From: an uncultured Phycisphaerales bacterium
Lineage (GTDB): Bacteria; Planctomycetota; Phycisphaerae; Sedimentisphaerales; Anaerobacaceae
Direction of reading: 5' to 3'
NCBI GenBank assembly: GCA_963718665.1
Contig: OY970359.1
Coordinates: 896,001 to 960,000, forward strand
Length of the DNA: 64,000 nucleotides
Positions 9,152 through 18,775 of the stretch are shown here, in pieces. The notes under the pieces were generated by a model that searched no databases, was not told the origin of the DNA, and saw nothing but the letters and a program-made list of their open reading frames with translations. Within the stretch, counting starts at the first letter, position 1, and every line of letters begins with the position of its first letter. The position numbers and the translations under genes were made by a program.

Positions 9152-10603
9152 ATGACACAGGCGGATATCGGATTGGTCGGACTGGCGGTAATGGGTGAAA
9201 ACCTGATTTTGAATATGGAGAGCAAGGGATTCACCGTCGCTTGTTACAACAGGACGGTTTCGAAGGTCGATGATTTTGTAAACGGGCGGGCAAAGGGCAA
9301 GAAAATAATCGGCTGCCGCTCAATCGAAGAACTGACGGCGAACCTGAAAAAACCGAGGAAGGTAATGCTGATGGTCAAGGCGGGACAGGCAGTGGATGAT
9401 TTCATCGAACAGCTGCTGCCTCATCTTGATAATGGGGACATAATTATCGATGGTGGCAATTCGCATTTCCCGGATACGATTCGCAGGACCAAATACGTGG
9501 AGAGCAAGGGCAAGCTGTATATCGGCACGGGCGTATCGGGCGGCGAAGAAGGCGCGTTGCGCGGGCCGTCGATTATGCCGGGCGGTTCGCCGGCGGCGTG
9601 GCCAGGCGTCAAACCGATATTCCAGGCGATTTGCGCCAAGACAGAGAATGGAGAGCCCTGCTGCGAATGGGTCGGCGAAAACGGCGCGGGGCATTTTGTG
9701 AAAATGGTACACAACGGCATCGAATACGGCGATATGCAGTTGATTTGCGAGACGTATCATTTGATGAAGGAAGGATTGGGTTTGAGTAACGCCGAGATGC
9801 ACAAGGTCCTCGCGGAGTGGAACCAGAGCGAACTGAACTCATACCTGATTGAGATTACGCGTGATATTCTCGCTTACAAAGACGAGCAGGGAAACGAAGT
9901 CATCGATTTGATACTGGATACCGCGGGGCAAAAAGGAACGGGTAAATGGACCGTTGTCGCTGCGCTGGATTCGGGTCAGCCATTAACGCTTATAGGCGAG
10001 GCGGTATTCGGGCGGAGTTTGTCAGCTTTGAAGGATGAACGGGTAAAGGCATCGCAGGTATTGAAAGGCCCGAAGGCGCAATTCAAAGGGGACAAGGCAA
10101 AATTCCTCGATGATTTACACAAGGCGCTTTACGCGTCGAAGATAATAAGCTATGCGCAGGGTTATCAATTAATGCGAGCCGCGGCGAAGGAATACGGCTG
10201 GAATCTCAACTACGGCGGCGTCGCGCTGATGTGGCGAGGCGGATGCATTATCCGCTCGATATTCCTGGGCGAGATTAAAAAGGCGTTCGACAAAAATCCG
10301 AACCTTGAAAACCTTTTACTCGACCCGTTTTTCAGGAGGGCAATGACAAAGGCACAGGTTTCCTGGCGGCGGGTAGTAACAACGGCGGTCAAACTTGGCA
10401 TCCCAATTCCGGCAATCAGTGCGGCAATGGCGTTTTACGATGGCTATCGTCACGAGCGGCTGCCGGCGAATTTATTGCAGGCACAGCGTGATTATTTCGG
10501 TGCGCATACTTACGAGCGGGTTGATAAGCCGAGGGGCGAGTTTTTCCATACGAACTGGACCGGCCGGGGCGGCGATACAAGCTCATCCGCATATACCGCG
10601 TAA
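9152..10603 (+). CDS. gnd: 6-phosphogluconate dehydrogenase, decarboxylating
   Basis: GLAVMG, IIDGGNS, GVSGGEEGA, VKMVHNGIEYGDMQ, QAQRDYFGAHTYER. Confidence 0.97.
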   Translation: MTQADIGLVGLAVMGENLILNMESKGFTVACYNRTVSKVDDFVNGRAKGKKIIGCRSIEELTANLKKPRKVMLMVKAGQAVDDFIEQLLPHLDNGDIIIDGGNSHFPDTIRRTKYVESKGKLYIGTGVSGGEEGALRGPSIMPGGSPAAWPGVKPIFQAICAKTENGEPCCEWVGENGAGHFVKMVHNGIEYGDMQLICETYHLMKEGLGLSNAEMHKVLAEWNQSELNSYLIEITRDILAYKDEQGNEVIDLILDTAGQKGTGKWTVVAALDSGQPLTLIGEAVFGRSLSALKDERVKASQVLKGPKAQFKGDKAKFLDDLHKALYASKIISYAQGYQLMRAAAKEYGWNLNYGGVALMWRGGCIIRSIFLGEIKKAFDKNPNLENLLLDPFFRRAMTKAQVSWRRVVTTAVKLGIPIPAISAAMAFYDGYRHERLPANLLQAQRDYFGAHTYERVDKPRGEFFHTNWTGRGGDTSSSAYTA

Positions 10604-10738
10604 CGCCGAATACGGCAGTAAATGTTAATCTTTTGGTTTCCGGCATATATCGACAATTTCATCTTTCTCGTCAAAAGTCAGACCATCTGTCGTCAATAAT
10701 CGCCGACGCCGTCGTGAGGAAGTAAATCGGCTGGCAAG

Positions 10739-10767
10739 TTGACTTAAACAGAATCGTCGTGTATATT
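10739..10767 (+). promoter_or_regulatory. sigma70-type promoter
   Basis: TTGACT-17 nt-TATATT upstream of 10818. Confidence 0.6.
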
Positions 10768-10817
10768 CTGGCAAGTGAAAGAACCAGGTTTTTGACGATA
10801 TTTTCACAGGAACTCTT

Positions 10818-11063
10818 ATGGATTTGTTCTGGAAAATAATGATAGCGGCTGCGGCGATTGTCGTTATCGGCTGGATTGCGTACGGAATATGGGAATGGCG
10901 TGAACGCAAACTCGAAAAAGAAAGACCAAAAGTCAGGTCTGAGAAATACCAGCAGGCGTCAAGTTCGGTCACGGATTACGCCAAAAAGCTGGCTGAATTC
11001 AAAAAGCCGACATATAAACGTGAAGACGCCCCCCCGACAGACACCAGGCCGCCACAGGGATAA
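10818..11063 (+). CDS. small single-pass membrane protein
   Basis: N-terminal TM helix, AGGA RBS, upstream promoter. Confidence 0.7.
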   Translation: MDLFWKIMIAAAAIVVIGWIAYGIWEWRERKLEKERPKVRSEKYQQASSSVTDYAKKLAEFKKPTYKREDAPPTDTRPPQG

Positions 11064-11170
11064 ACGTCAACAGCAGGAACATTTTTGCCCGAAGATTTTC
11101 TGCCGCAGGACAAAATGGTCGAGGACGTTTGCTTCAACAACGCAGAGAGATACTTTGCGATGTCGCTCGA

Positions 11171-11683
11171 TTAACCTTTAGCGGCTTTAGTGTTGTGAAT
11201 GGTCGGGATGGGTTTGAGATATTCGAACAACTCGAATACCTCCCCCGACGCCCCTTTGAAAAACGCTATCCTGACGCCGCCCATCATTTTCGGGTCATCT
11301 ATAATCGGAGTGGAGAAGCTGACGCTTTTGGCCTTGAGCTTGGCGACAACAGTGTTGATATCCTTGACCTCAAGGGCAATGTGGTCAATAGGACCGGTCG
11401 TTCTTGACTTGACCTTATTAACATCATCCGGCTGAAGAAGCTCGATTATGCACGAGCCCCGGCGAACCAGCCCAAAGCCATACCCGGAATCCAGATGTGT
11501 TCTGTGAACCACTTCAAAACCAAGCGTATCAGTATAAAAAGCGAGCGCCTTGGTCATATCACTCGTAAACACGCATATATGCGCAAGGCCGTTTATGTCG
11601 GGGATATTAGCGTCTGCGAATGAGGATTTATTAACAATAGCCATAGTTATAACCACCATAAAAACAACAATAAAGCCGTTCAC
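11171..11683 (-). CDS. VOC/glyoxalase family protein with probable signal peptide
   Basis: LAHICV, FYTDTLGF, IELLQP, IDHIALEV, EVFELFE; start uncertain (GTG 11683). Confidence 0.8.
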   Translation of the reverse strand: MNGFIVVFMVVITMAIVNKSSFADANIPDINGLAHICVFTSDMTKALAFYTDTLGFEVVHRTHLDSGYGFGLVRRGSCIIELLQPDDVNKVKSRTTGPIDHIALEVKDINTVVAKLKAKSVSFSTPIIDDPKMMGGVRIAFFKGASGEVFELFEYLKPIPTIHNTKAAKG

Positions 11684-11792
11684 GTCCCGTCTTTTGCGCA
11701 GCCGGGTAAGCCCTCTCAAAAAAACTATGCAGCCCAATGACTCGGAAACACAATTTATGCGATTGAATCATTGCTTATGATTTTCTGCGTAT

Positions 11793-11821
11793 AAAAAAGG
11801 TCCCGCTTTGGGGGCGGGACC
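11793..11821 (-). terminator. intrinsic terminator after cold-shock gene
   Basis: GGTCCCGC/GCGGGACC stem followed by U6 on the minus strand. Confidence 0.8.
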
Positions 11822-11847
11822 ACAGGTTTTTCGTTCGGCAAACCGTT

Positions 11848-12051
11848 TTAGGAAGGTTTGACGTCTGTCGCTTCCGGGCCTTTCTTGCCCTGGGCGAGAG
11901 TGTATTCCACCGCCTGACCTTCTTTTAGTGTCCTGAAGCCCTCGGCAACAATTTTGGAGTGATGAATAAACACATCCTCGCTGCCGTCATCAGGAACAAT
12001 AAAACCAAAACCTTTTTTCTCATTGAACCATTTTACTTTACCTGTAGCCAC
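11848..12051 (-). CDS. cspA: cold-shock protein
   Basis: GKVKWFN, KGFGFI, DVFIH. Confidence 0.95.
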   Translation of the reverse strand: MATGKVKWFNEKKGFGFIVPDDGSEDVFIHHSKIVAEGFRTLKEGQAVEYTLAQGKKGPEATDVKPS

Positions 12052-12356
12052 GTGTTTCTCCTTTTAACCCATACCGCCGGCTCCTCGCTGTTTCGCGAAG
12101 GCGCTTTTGCGAGGATTGTTTAAAAGCGCCCCTTACACGGTGACAAAATAGCTTAAAACCCTTTGTAATTCAACAACTTTTTTAAGGATTTTTTTGCTTT
12201 TCAGGCGGCAGACAGGAGGCATTTTATCCCCGATCAACCGGCCAAATACCGCCAGCAGCCGTCATCTTCGTATCATTTTAACCCTCAAAACGGGGGTTTT
12301 TGCTTTACTTGGACGCCGTAGGAAGGTATATCAGTAGTTCTGATATGTTAAAAAGC

Positions 12357-12385
12357 TTGACATAGCAGCAACTTTAAACTAAATT
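12357..12385 (+). promoter_or_regulatory. sigma70-type promoter of rpsB operon
   Basis: TTGACA-17 nt-TAAATT. Confidence 0.7.
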
Positions 12386-12451
12386 CTCAGTTTTGGTTTT
12401 CGGTTTCGGTACCGATATATGTTTCTTTAATTAAGGTTTTTGGAGGTCTTT

Positions 12452-13282
12452 GTGGTTAAAGAGTTGGCAAAAGAGTTGATTAGTGCAGGCGTCCATTTTG
12501 GACACAGCGCAAACAGATGGAATCCCAAGATGGGGCCTTTTATTTTTGGCAAACGCGGGCAGATACACATCATCGATGTTCGCAAGACCCTGGCAGGCTT
12601 GGTAATCGCCAGGAAACTGCTGGTGGACGTCATATCCTCGGGCAAAGATGTCGTATTCGTGGGAACCAAAAGGCAGGCGCAAAAGGCGGTTGAGGCCTCG
12701 GCGGAAAAGTGCGGTATGCACTTCGTCTCGGACCGCTGGCTTGGCGGAACACTCACGAATTTCAGAACGATACGCTCGCGCGTTCAGCGGCTCGAAGAGC
12801 TGGAAGGAATGCAGGAAGCGGGCACGCTCGAATCGCAGAGCAAAAAGCAGGCATCCCGGCTCAAACGCGAGCTGCGGAAAATAAAAAGCAATATGGACGG
12901 CATTCGCAGAATGAGTCGGCTGCCGGGAGCAGTGGTTGTGGTTGACTGCAAAAAAGAATACCTCGCCCTGCGGGAAGCCAGGAAACTCGGCATAACCACC
13001 ATCGGGATTATCGATACCGATTGTGACCCGGATACGGTTGATGTGGTGATTCCGGCCAACGACGACTCAATTAGAGCGATAAGCTTGCTCTTAAACGAGC
13101 TTGCGGATGCGGTCGCTCAAGGCAAGACGATGGACACAATCCGCAAAGACGTCGCAGCAAAACCCAAGCACATCAGGTCAAAAAGAACCGTCATGGCACG
13201 TGCGGATAAGCCGGAAGCAGAGCAGGCCCCCGAAGCAACAGGCGAAATACCTCAGCCCGGCAGCGAACCCACACAGCAATAA
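12452..13282 (+). CDS. rpsB: 30S ribosomal protein S2
   Basis: AGVHFGH, WNPKM, FVGTK, RWLGGTLTN, IPANDD; GTG start after GGAGG. Confidence 0.97.
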   Translation: MVKELAKELISAGVHFGHSANRWNPKMGPFIFGKRGQIHIIDVRKTLAGLVIARKLLVDVISSGKDVVFVGTKRQAQKAVEASAEKCGMHFVSDRWLGGTLTNFRTIRSRVQRLEELEGMQEAGTLESQSKKQASRLKRELRKIKSNMDGIRRMSRLPGAVVVVDCKKEYLALREARKLGITTIGIIDTDCDPDTVDVVIPANDDSIRAISLLLNELADAVAQGKTMDTIRKDVAAKPKHIRSKRTVMARADKPEAEQAPEATGEIPQPGSEPTQQ

Positions 13283-13326
13283 AAAAAACGATAATACCGA
13301 AAAGGTTTTTAGCAGGAGTTTTTGAA

Positions 13327-14214
13327 ATGGCGGAAATCTCGGCATCACTGGTAGTTAAACTTCGCAAGATGAGCAGCCAGGGTATGATGGACTGCAAAAA
13401 GGCGCTTGAAGAAGCAAACGGCAATATAGATGAAGCAATGACGATTCTTCGCAAGAAAGGTCTTGCAACATTAGTTAAGCGTGCAGAGCGAGAAACGACA
13501 GAAGGTTTAGTTGTTATTACCCATGGTGATATTGGTGGTGGGAAGAAATGGGTTTCTTTAGCAACTCTATGCTGTGAAACTGACTTTGTCGCCAGAAGTG
13601 ACCCTTTTAGAAATTTGGTTGACTATTTGGTTGACGCTATAAAAAATAACACAAAAGAGCACCCATCAGATAAGGGGACTAAAAGTATCCTTGAGACTTC
13701 TGTAAGCGGTAAAAAATATAACGATATTATGACCGAGGCGGTTAGCAAAACTGGCGAGAAGTTGCAAGTGCGTGATTTCGAGAGATATATGCTCAGTGGC
13801 CCGGGTCTTATAGGAACGTACCTTCATTTCAATGGGAAGGTCGGTGCTATGGTTGAGATTGAAACGAGCGACGAGACAACAGCTCAAAATGAACTAATGC
13901 AGAAAGTATCTAATGATATTGCGATGCACATTACCGCGACAAAGCCGCTTGCCCTGGATAAATCAGGCATCGACCCAAAGGTAATCGAGCAGGAAAAGAG
14001 TATTTACGCCGACCAGGTGAAAAACAAGCCGGCGAACATCGTGGATAAAATAGTCGAAGGCAAACTGAAGAAATTCTTCGAGGATAACTGCCTTCTCGAC
14101 CAGAAGTTTGTAAAGGACGATACAAAAACAGTGGCGCAGGTATTGGAAGAGGCCGCCAAGTCGGCAGGCGGCAAGGCAACGCTGAAAAAATTCGTGCGTT
14201 TCGACGTCGGGTAA
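13327..14214 (+). CDS. tsf: elongation factor Ts
   Basis: GMMDCKKAL, CETDFVA, IAMHI, FVRF; follows rpsB. Confidence 0.95.
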   Translation: MAEISASLVVKLRKMSSQGMMDCKKALEEANGNIDEAMTILRKKGLATLVKRAERETTEGLVVITHGDIGGGKKWVSLATLCCETDFVARSDPFRNLVDYLVDAIKNNTKEHPSDKGTKSILETSVSGKKYNDIMTEAVSKTGEKLQVRDFERYMLSGPGLIGTYLHFNGKVGAMVEIETSDETTAQNELMQKVSNDIAMHITATKPLALDKSGIDPKVIEQEKSIYADQVKNKPANIVDKIVEGKLKKFFEDNCLLDQKFVKDDTKTVAQVLEEAAKSAGGKATLKKFVRFDVG

Positions 14215-14266
14215 GCGGTCTGCCGGATATGTTTTCGCCGACCCGGAAGGATACGGGGAACGAAAA

Positions 14267-14983
14267 ATGCCAGTGAGCAAATACAAGCGGGTGCTGCTGA
14301 AATTATCGGGGGAAAGTTTTTGCGAACAGGGCGGATTCGGGATTGACGGCAAGCAGCTCGAATCTATAGCCAGCAGGATTGCCGAGATTAACAAACTCGG
14401 CCCGCAGGTCGCCGTCGTCGTCGGCGCGGGAAACTTCATCCGGGGGGAAAAATTCTCAAAAAAGACATCGATACCGCGAAATACCGCGGATTATATGGGT
14501 ATGCTCACGACGATTATCAACGCCTGCGCACTGCAGGAAACGCTCGAAAAACTCGGGACAACGACTCGCGTAATGAGCGCGATAGAGGTCGAGGCAATGT
14601 GCGAGCGGTTTATACGCCGAAGAGCGCTGAGACATTTCGAGCAGGGAAGAATCGTCATACTGGCAGGCGGAACCGGCAACCCGTTTTTCACCACCGACAC
14701 CTGTGCTGCCCTGCGGGCTGTGGAGCTTGAGGCGGATTTGTTGATTAAAGCGACCACGGTTGACGGCGTTTACAGCGATGACCCCAAGAAAAACCCCGGC
14801 GCGAAGCTTTTTGAGAAACTGTCATACCAAGATGTCCTCGAAAAGAACCTCCGCGTGATGGATCATTCGGCCGTAAGCTTGTGCCGGGACAATAAAATCC
14901 CCATCGTAGTTATTAACATCTTCAAAACCGGCAACCTTAGCAAAGCGATTCGCGGCGAACCGGTAGGAACCGTGATTTCTTAA
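14267..14983 (+). CDS. pyrH: UMP kinase
   Basis: LLKLSGE, GAGNF, GTGNPFFTTD. Confidence 0.97.
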   Translation: MPVSKYKRVLLKLSGESFCEQGGFGIDGKQLESIASRIAEINKLGPQVAVVVGAGNFIRGEKFSKKTSIPRNTADYMGMLTTIINACALQETLEKLGTTTRVMSAIEVEAMCERFIRRRALRHFEQGRIVILAGGTGNPFFTTDTCAALRAVELEADLLIKATTVDGVYSDDPKKNPGAKLFEKLSYQDVLEKNLRVMDHSAVSLCRDNKIPIVVINIFKTGNLSKAIRGEPVGTVIS

Positions 14984-14999
14984 GGGATGGAGACGAGAT

Positions 15000-15560
15000 A
15001 TGCCTGTTAAAGAGATAATGACAAACAGTGAAAATAAAATGAAAAAGGCGGCGGACATCCTGCTGGACGAGCTTAAAGGCGTTCGCACGGGTATGGCATC
15101 GACAGGCCTTGTTGAAAATATACGGGTCGAGTATTACGGCAACCCGACGCCGCTAAAGGCGCTTGCCGCCCTGTCAACGCCTCAATCGGATATGATTTTA
15201 GTAAAGCCCTTCGACCCCGGCTCAATCAAGGATATCGACAAGGCGATACTGGCCAGCGACGTTGGTTTGACGCCTATGGTCGATGGCAAAGTCATTCGCC
15301 TCAATGTCCCCGCCCTTACCGAAGAACGAAGAAGACAAATAGTGCATCAAATCAGGGGCTTTGGCGAACAGGCCAAGGTAAGCGTCCGCAACGTCAGAAG
15401 AGACGAAATAAAAACGCTTGAAAAAGAAGAAAATGACAAGCTGGTAACCGAAGACGACCTGGAAAAAGGCAAAAAGCAGCTTGACGATATGGCCAAACAA
15501 TATACCGACAAGGTTGACCATATGGTCAAGCACAAGTCAGATGAAATAATGCAGGGTTAA
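15000..15560 (+). CDS. frr: ribosome recycling factor
   Basis: VRTG, VEYYG, LTEERR, VRNVRRD. Confidence 0.95.
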   Translation: MPVKEIMTNSENKMKKAADILLDELKGVRTGMASTGLVENIRVEYYGNPTPLKALAALSTPQSDMILVKPFDPGSIKDIDKAILASDVGLTPMVDGKVIRLNVPALTEERRRQIVHQIRGFGEQAKVSVRNVRRDEIKTLEKEENDKLVTEDDLEKGKKQLDDMAKQYTDKVDHMVKHKSDEIMQG

Positions 15561-15563
15561 ACC

Positions 15564-15651
15564 GGAATTGAGAATTTAGAACGAAGAGTTAAGAATTCAA
15601 AAAAACGACCGCTGGAGCGTTTCTCAATTCTTCATTCTAAATTCTTAATTG
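15564..15651. repeat. inverted pair of degenerate heptamer arrays
   Basis: gaattga gaattta gaacgaa gagttaa gaattca ... ttctcaa ttcttca ttctaaa ttcttaa. Confidence 0.7.
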
Positions 15652-15699
15652 TCAATCGAGGGACGTAATTGATATTTATTCGGTTTTGGGGATTATCCT

Positions 15700-18600
15700 A
15701 TGGAACACTCGGAAACCAACATAACAAAGAAAAAAACCGGCAAAAAGATATTAAAAATCACGGCAGGCGCAGTTGTTATTCTGCTATTGCTGGTGATTTT
15801 GCTGGTGGCGTTCATCGTCCCGGCGTATGTCTCCAGCGAAAGCGGACGAAAATTGATACTCTCGAAAGCCAACGCCTCAGGCGCGGGGGCTATCGACTTC
15901 ACTAAACTGTCAATGAGCTGGCTCAAAGGCATCAGCGTTACCAATATCAGTTTCAAAAACGCCGACCGGGGACTTTCGGTGGCGGTAAAAGGCGTCTCAA
16001 CCAGACCTGATTACGGCGCACTGCTGGCCGGCAACCTTTCCTTCGGCGAAACGGTAATCGATGAGCCGAAGGTGGAAATAGATGTCGATAAAATGAAACA
16101 GAAAACCGCCGAGACGCAGAAGGCCGCCGCTAAACCGGCAGCCAAAGGCAAACCGGAAACCTCTGCCGGCGTGCCAATCAAAAAAATAGACCTCGTCGTA
16201 AAAGACGGGGACGTAAAAATAAAAGATAAACGCGGCGAAGTCGAGGTCTCAAAGATAAACAGCAAAGTGGCCCTGCTTGGGCCTGGTGAAAAAACCACTC
16301 TCGCCCTGGACGCCAGTATCGCCGGGCAGGGAGCCGCCTCGACGGTAAACGCCCGCGGCGACCTGACTCCTGGTAAAAACTGGGACTTAAGCAAAGCAAC
16401 CGCAAATATTACAGCCGACGTGAATAATCTTAACTTGAGTCAGTTGGAATCCATATTGGCTATCGCGGGTGTTGACGTAACCGCCAGAGGTACAGTTTCG
16501 GCGCATTTGAAAGGCGCGTTGAAGAATGGCGTTGTGGAAAACGTCGGCCTGGACGTGCAGGGCAGCTCACTCGAAATAACCGCCCTGCAACTCAAAGGGG
16601 ACACGATAAAAACCGACGCCCTGAACGTCACAGTGGAAATCGGCCAGCAGGGAAATCTTGTAAACGTCAATAAAATGAATATCGTGACCGACTGGTTCAG
16701 GGCCGACGTCAACGGAGCTGCGCCGATGTCACTGGCATCTGTTTCGGAATTTATGAAACAGGGTTCTAAAAACGAGTTGAAGGCGAATCTCGAATGCAAT
16801 CTGCCCGCGGTGGCGGGGATGCTTCCTAAAACGCTGGGCCTCAGTAGCCAGACAAAATTAACCGGCGGCAAGCTCGTCGGCAGCATCCAGACCGTTAATG
16901 AAACGGGCGGTAAAATGCTGGCTGGGCAGGTGAGCGTCGAAGGTCTCACCGGCACGATGGACGGCAAGCCGGTGTCCCTCTCCGAGCCGGTGCAGGTGCA
17001 GGCGAAAATATCCGCCGAAGGTGACAATATAAAATTTGAAAAAATCAGCGTGTCATCGTCTTTCGCAACCGTCAATTGCGACGGCAACACCGAGACGTTT
17101 AATTACGATACGCAGATTGACCTCGCCAAAGCCGCCTCTGAGCTGGGACAGTTCACCGACCTCGGCAAATACAAGCTCGCCGGGCAGTTCTCAGCCAAAG
17201 GGCAGCTAACCAACAACGCAAAAACCACGATGCTTGCCTGCTCGTCGAAAATATCGAATCTGCGGGTAAATCCCACCGCCGATATAACCGTCAGTGAGCC
17301 GAATGCCGCGCTCGATGTAACCGCCGCAATTGATAAACAAACCAACGTGCTGCTGGTAAAACAGTTCAAAGCAGACACAAGCTTAGGACAGTTCAGCGTC
17401 CAGGACGGACGCCTCCCTATGGGCGCAGATGTTAAAGAGCCGATTTCGCTTACCGCCTCCGCCAAGGGCCTCGACCTCGCAAAAGTCCAGCCATACCTTG
17501 TAATGACAAAGGCGATTTCGAAAGACGTCGTGCTTGGCGGTATGGTTGATTCGAATATCACGCTCAGCTCCAAAGACGGCAGCTACAAAGTTACTACCGA
17601 TTCGACAAAAATCTCAAACCTTCTTGTAAAAGCCCCGGGTAAAGAGGCGTTTACGCAGAACCCCGTCGCGATTGTCCTCGACGCGGAAGTGAATCCGACG
17701 ACAAAAACAATGGCTGTCAACAACGCGGAGATTGCAAGCCCCGACATAAAAATCAAAGCCAGTGTCCAGCAGAAAATAGAGGGACAAAACAGCTCCATAC
17801 AGGGAACCGCAAAGCTCGACTACGACTGGAAGGCGATCACGGGAATGCTTTCGCCCTTTATGCCCGCGGACCTGAAAATCGAAGGCAAACGCCAGGACTC
17901 AATCAGCTTCGCCAGCAAATATCCGACTAACGACCCCAACCAGATGCTCGCCAACCTCAACGCCCAGGCCAAAGTCGGCTTCGACAAGGTCTCCTATATG
18001 GGCCTCAACGTGGGGACAACCAACGTGGATATAAAAGTAGATAAAGGTTTGTTGACCATCCCGAAATTTACCTCTACGGCCAACAACGGCCAGCTTAATT
18101 TCGGCGGCTCAGCCGACTTCAAAAAGAACCCCGCGATATTCAGAACACCCGGACAAATGCAGATTGTCAAAGATGTGCAGCTTAACGTTGAGATGGCAAA
18201 CAAGCTGCTGTCAAAAGTAAATCCGATTTTCTCCGGGGCCTCCAACGTAACCGGCGTTGCCAATTTCCAGTGCGACCGGCTCGCTGTCCCCATAATCGGC
18301 GGTAAACCCGAAGACGCCAATATCGCCGGCACGATTTCCCTCATGCAGGTAAAAATGCAGTCGGGACTGCTGGCGGCAATAATGACGGCTATCGGCGGTT
18401 CGGACAATATGATGACCCTCCATCCCACCGCATTTACCGTCAAAGACGGCTTTGTCAACTATACGAATATGCAGATGGACCTCGGCAGCAGACCCATCTA
18501 TTTCAGCGGAAGCGTTCCCGTTGACCCCAACAGGGAAATCAAAAGCTTCAGTGTTACCCTGCCTGTTACCGCCCTCGGCAAAACGGTTTCAACCGGCAAA

Positions 18601-18741
18601 AAAGCTGGGCCGGGCAGGATAACCGCTTATATTAAAGGAACGCCGAATAAACCAAAACTTGACCTGGGAAAAATGCTCCAGAATCAGGCCGTACAAACAG
18701 GCCTTGAACTCCTGATGGAAGGCGCCAAAAAGGGAAGATAA
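15700..18741 (+). CDS. AsmA-like large envelope protein
   Basis: N-terminal TM anchor then about 950 aa of beta-rich repeats; IKGTPNKPKLD-type C-terminus. Confidence 0.7.
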   Translation: MEHSETNITKKKTGKKILKITAGAVVILLLLVILLVAFIVPAYVSSESGRKLILSKANASGAGAIDFTKLSMSWLKGISVTNISFKNADRGLSVAVKGVSTRPDYGALLAGNLSFGETVIDEPKVEIDVDKMKQKTAETQKAAAKPAAKGKPETSAGVPIKKIDLVVKDGDVKIKDKRGEVEVSKINSKVALLGPGEKTTLALDASIAGQGAASTVNARGDLTPGKNWDLSKATANITADVNNLNLSQLESILAIAGVDVTARGTVSAHLKGALKNGVVENVGLDVQGSSLEITALQLKGDTIKTDALNVTVEIGQQGNLVNVNKMNIVTDWFRADVNGAAPMSLASVSEFMKQGSKNELKANLECNLPAVAGMLPKTLGLSSQTKLTGGKLVGSIQTVNETGGKMLAGQVSVEGLTGTMDGKPVSLSEPVQVQAKISAEGDNIKFEKISVSSSFATVNCDGNTETFNYDTQIDLAKAASELGQFTDLGKYKLAGQFSAKGQLTNNAKTTMLACSSKISNLRVNPTADITVSEPNAALDVTAAIDKQTNVLLVKQFKADTSLGQFSVQDGRLPMGADVKEPISLTASAKGLDLAKVQPYLVMTKAISKDVVLGGMVDSNITLSSKDGSYKVTTDSTKISNLLVKAPGKEAFTQNPVAIVLDAEVNPTTKTMAVNNAEIASPDIKIKASVQQKIEGQNSSIQGTAKLDYDWKAITGMLSPFMPADLKIEGKRQDSISFASKYPTNDPNQMLANLNAQAKVGFDKVSYMGLNVGTTNVDIKVDKGLLTIPKFTSTANNGQLNFGGSADFKKNPAIFRTPGQMQIVKDVQLNVEMANKLLSKVNPIFSGASNVTGVANFQCDRLAVPIIGGKPEDANIAGTISLMQVKMQSGLLAAIMTAIGGSDNMMTLHPTAFTVKDGFVNYTNMQMDLGSRPIYFSGSVPVDPNREIKSFSVTLPVTALGKTVSTGKKAGPGRITAYIKGTPNKPKLDLGKMLQNQAVQTGLELLMEGAKKGR

Positions 18742-18775
18742 CCGAATAGCTATTCAGGCCGGGAGGTAATAAAGT

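Noticed and set aside
10625..10972. 115 aa minus-strand ORF
   Set aside because: Overlaps the better-supported 10818 gene and its promoter; no recognisable motif
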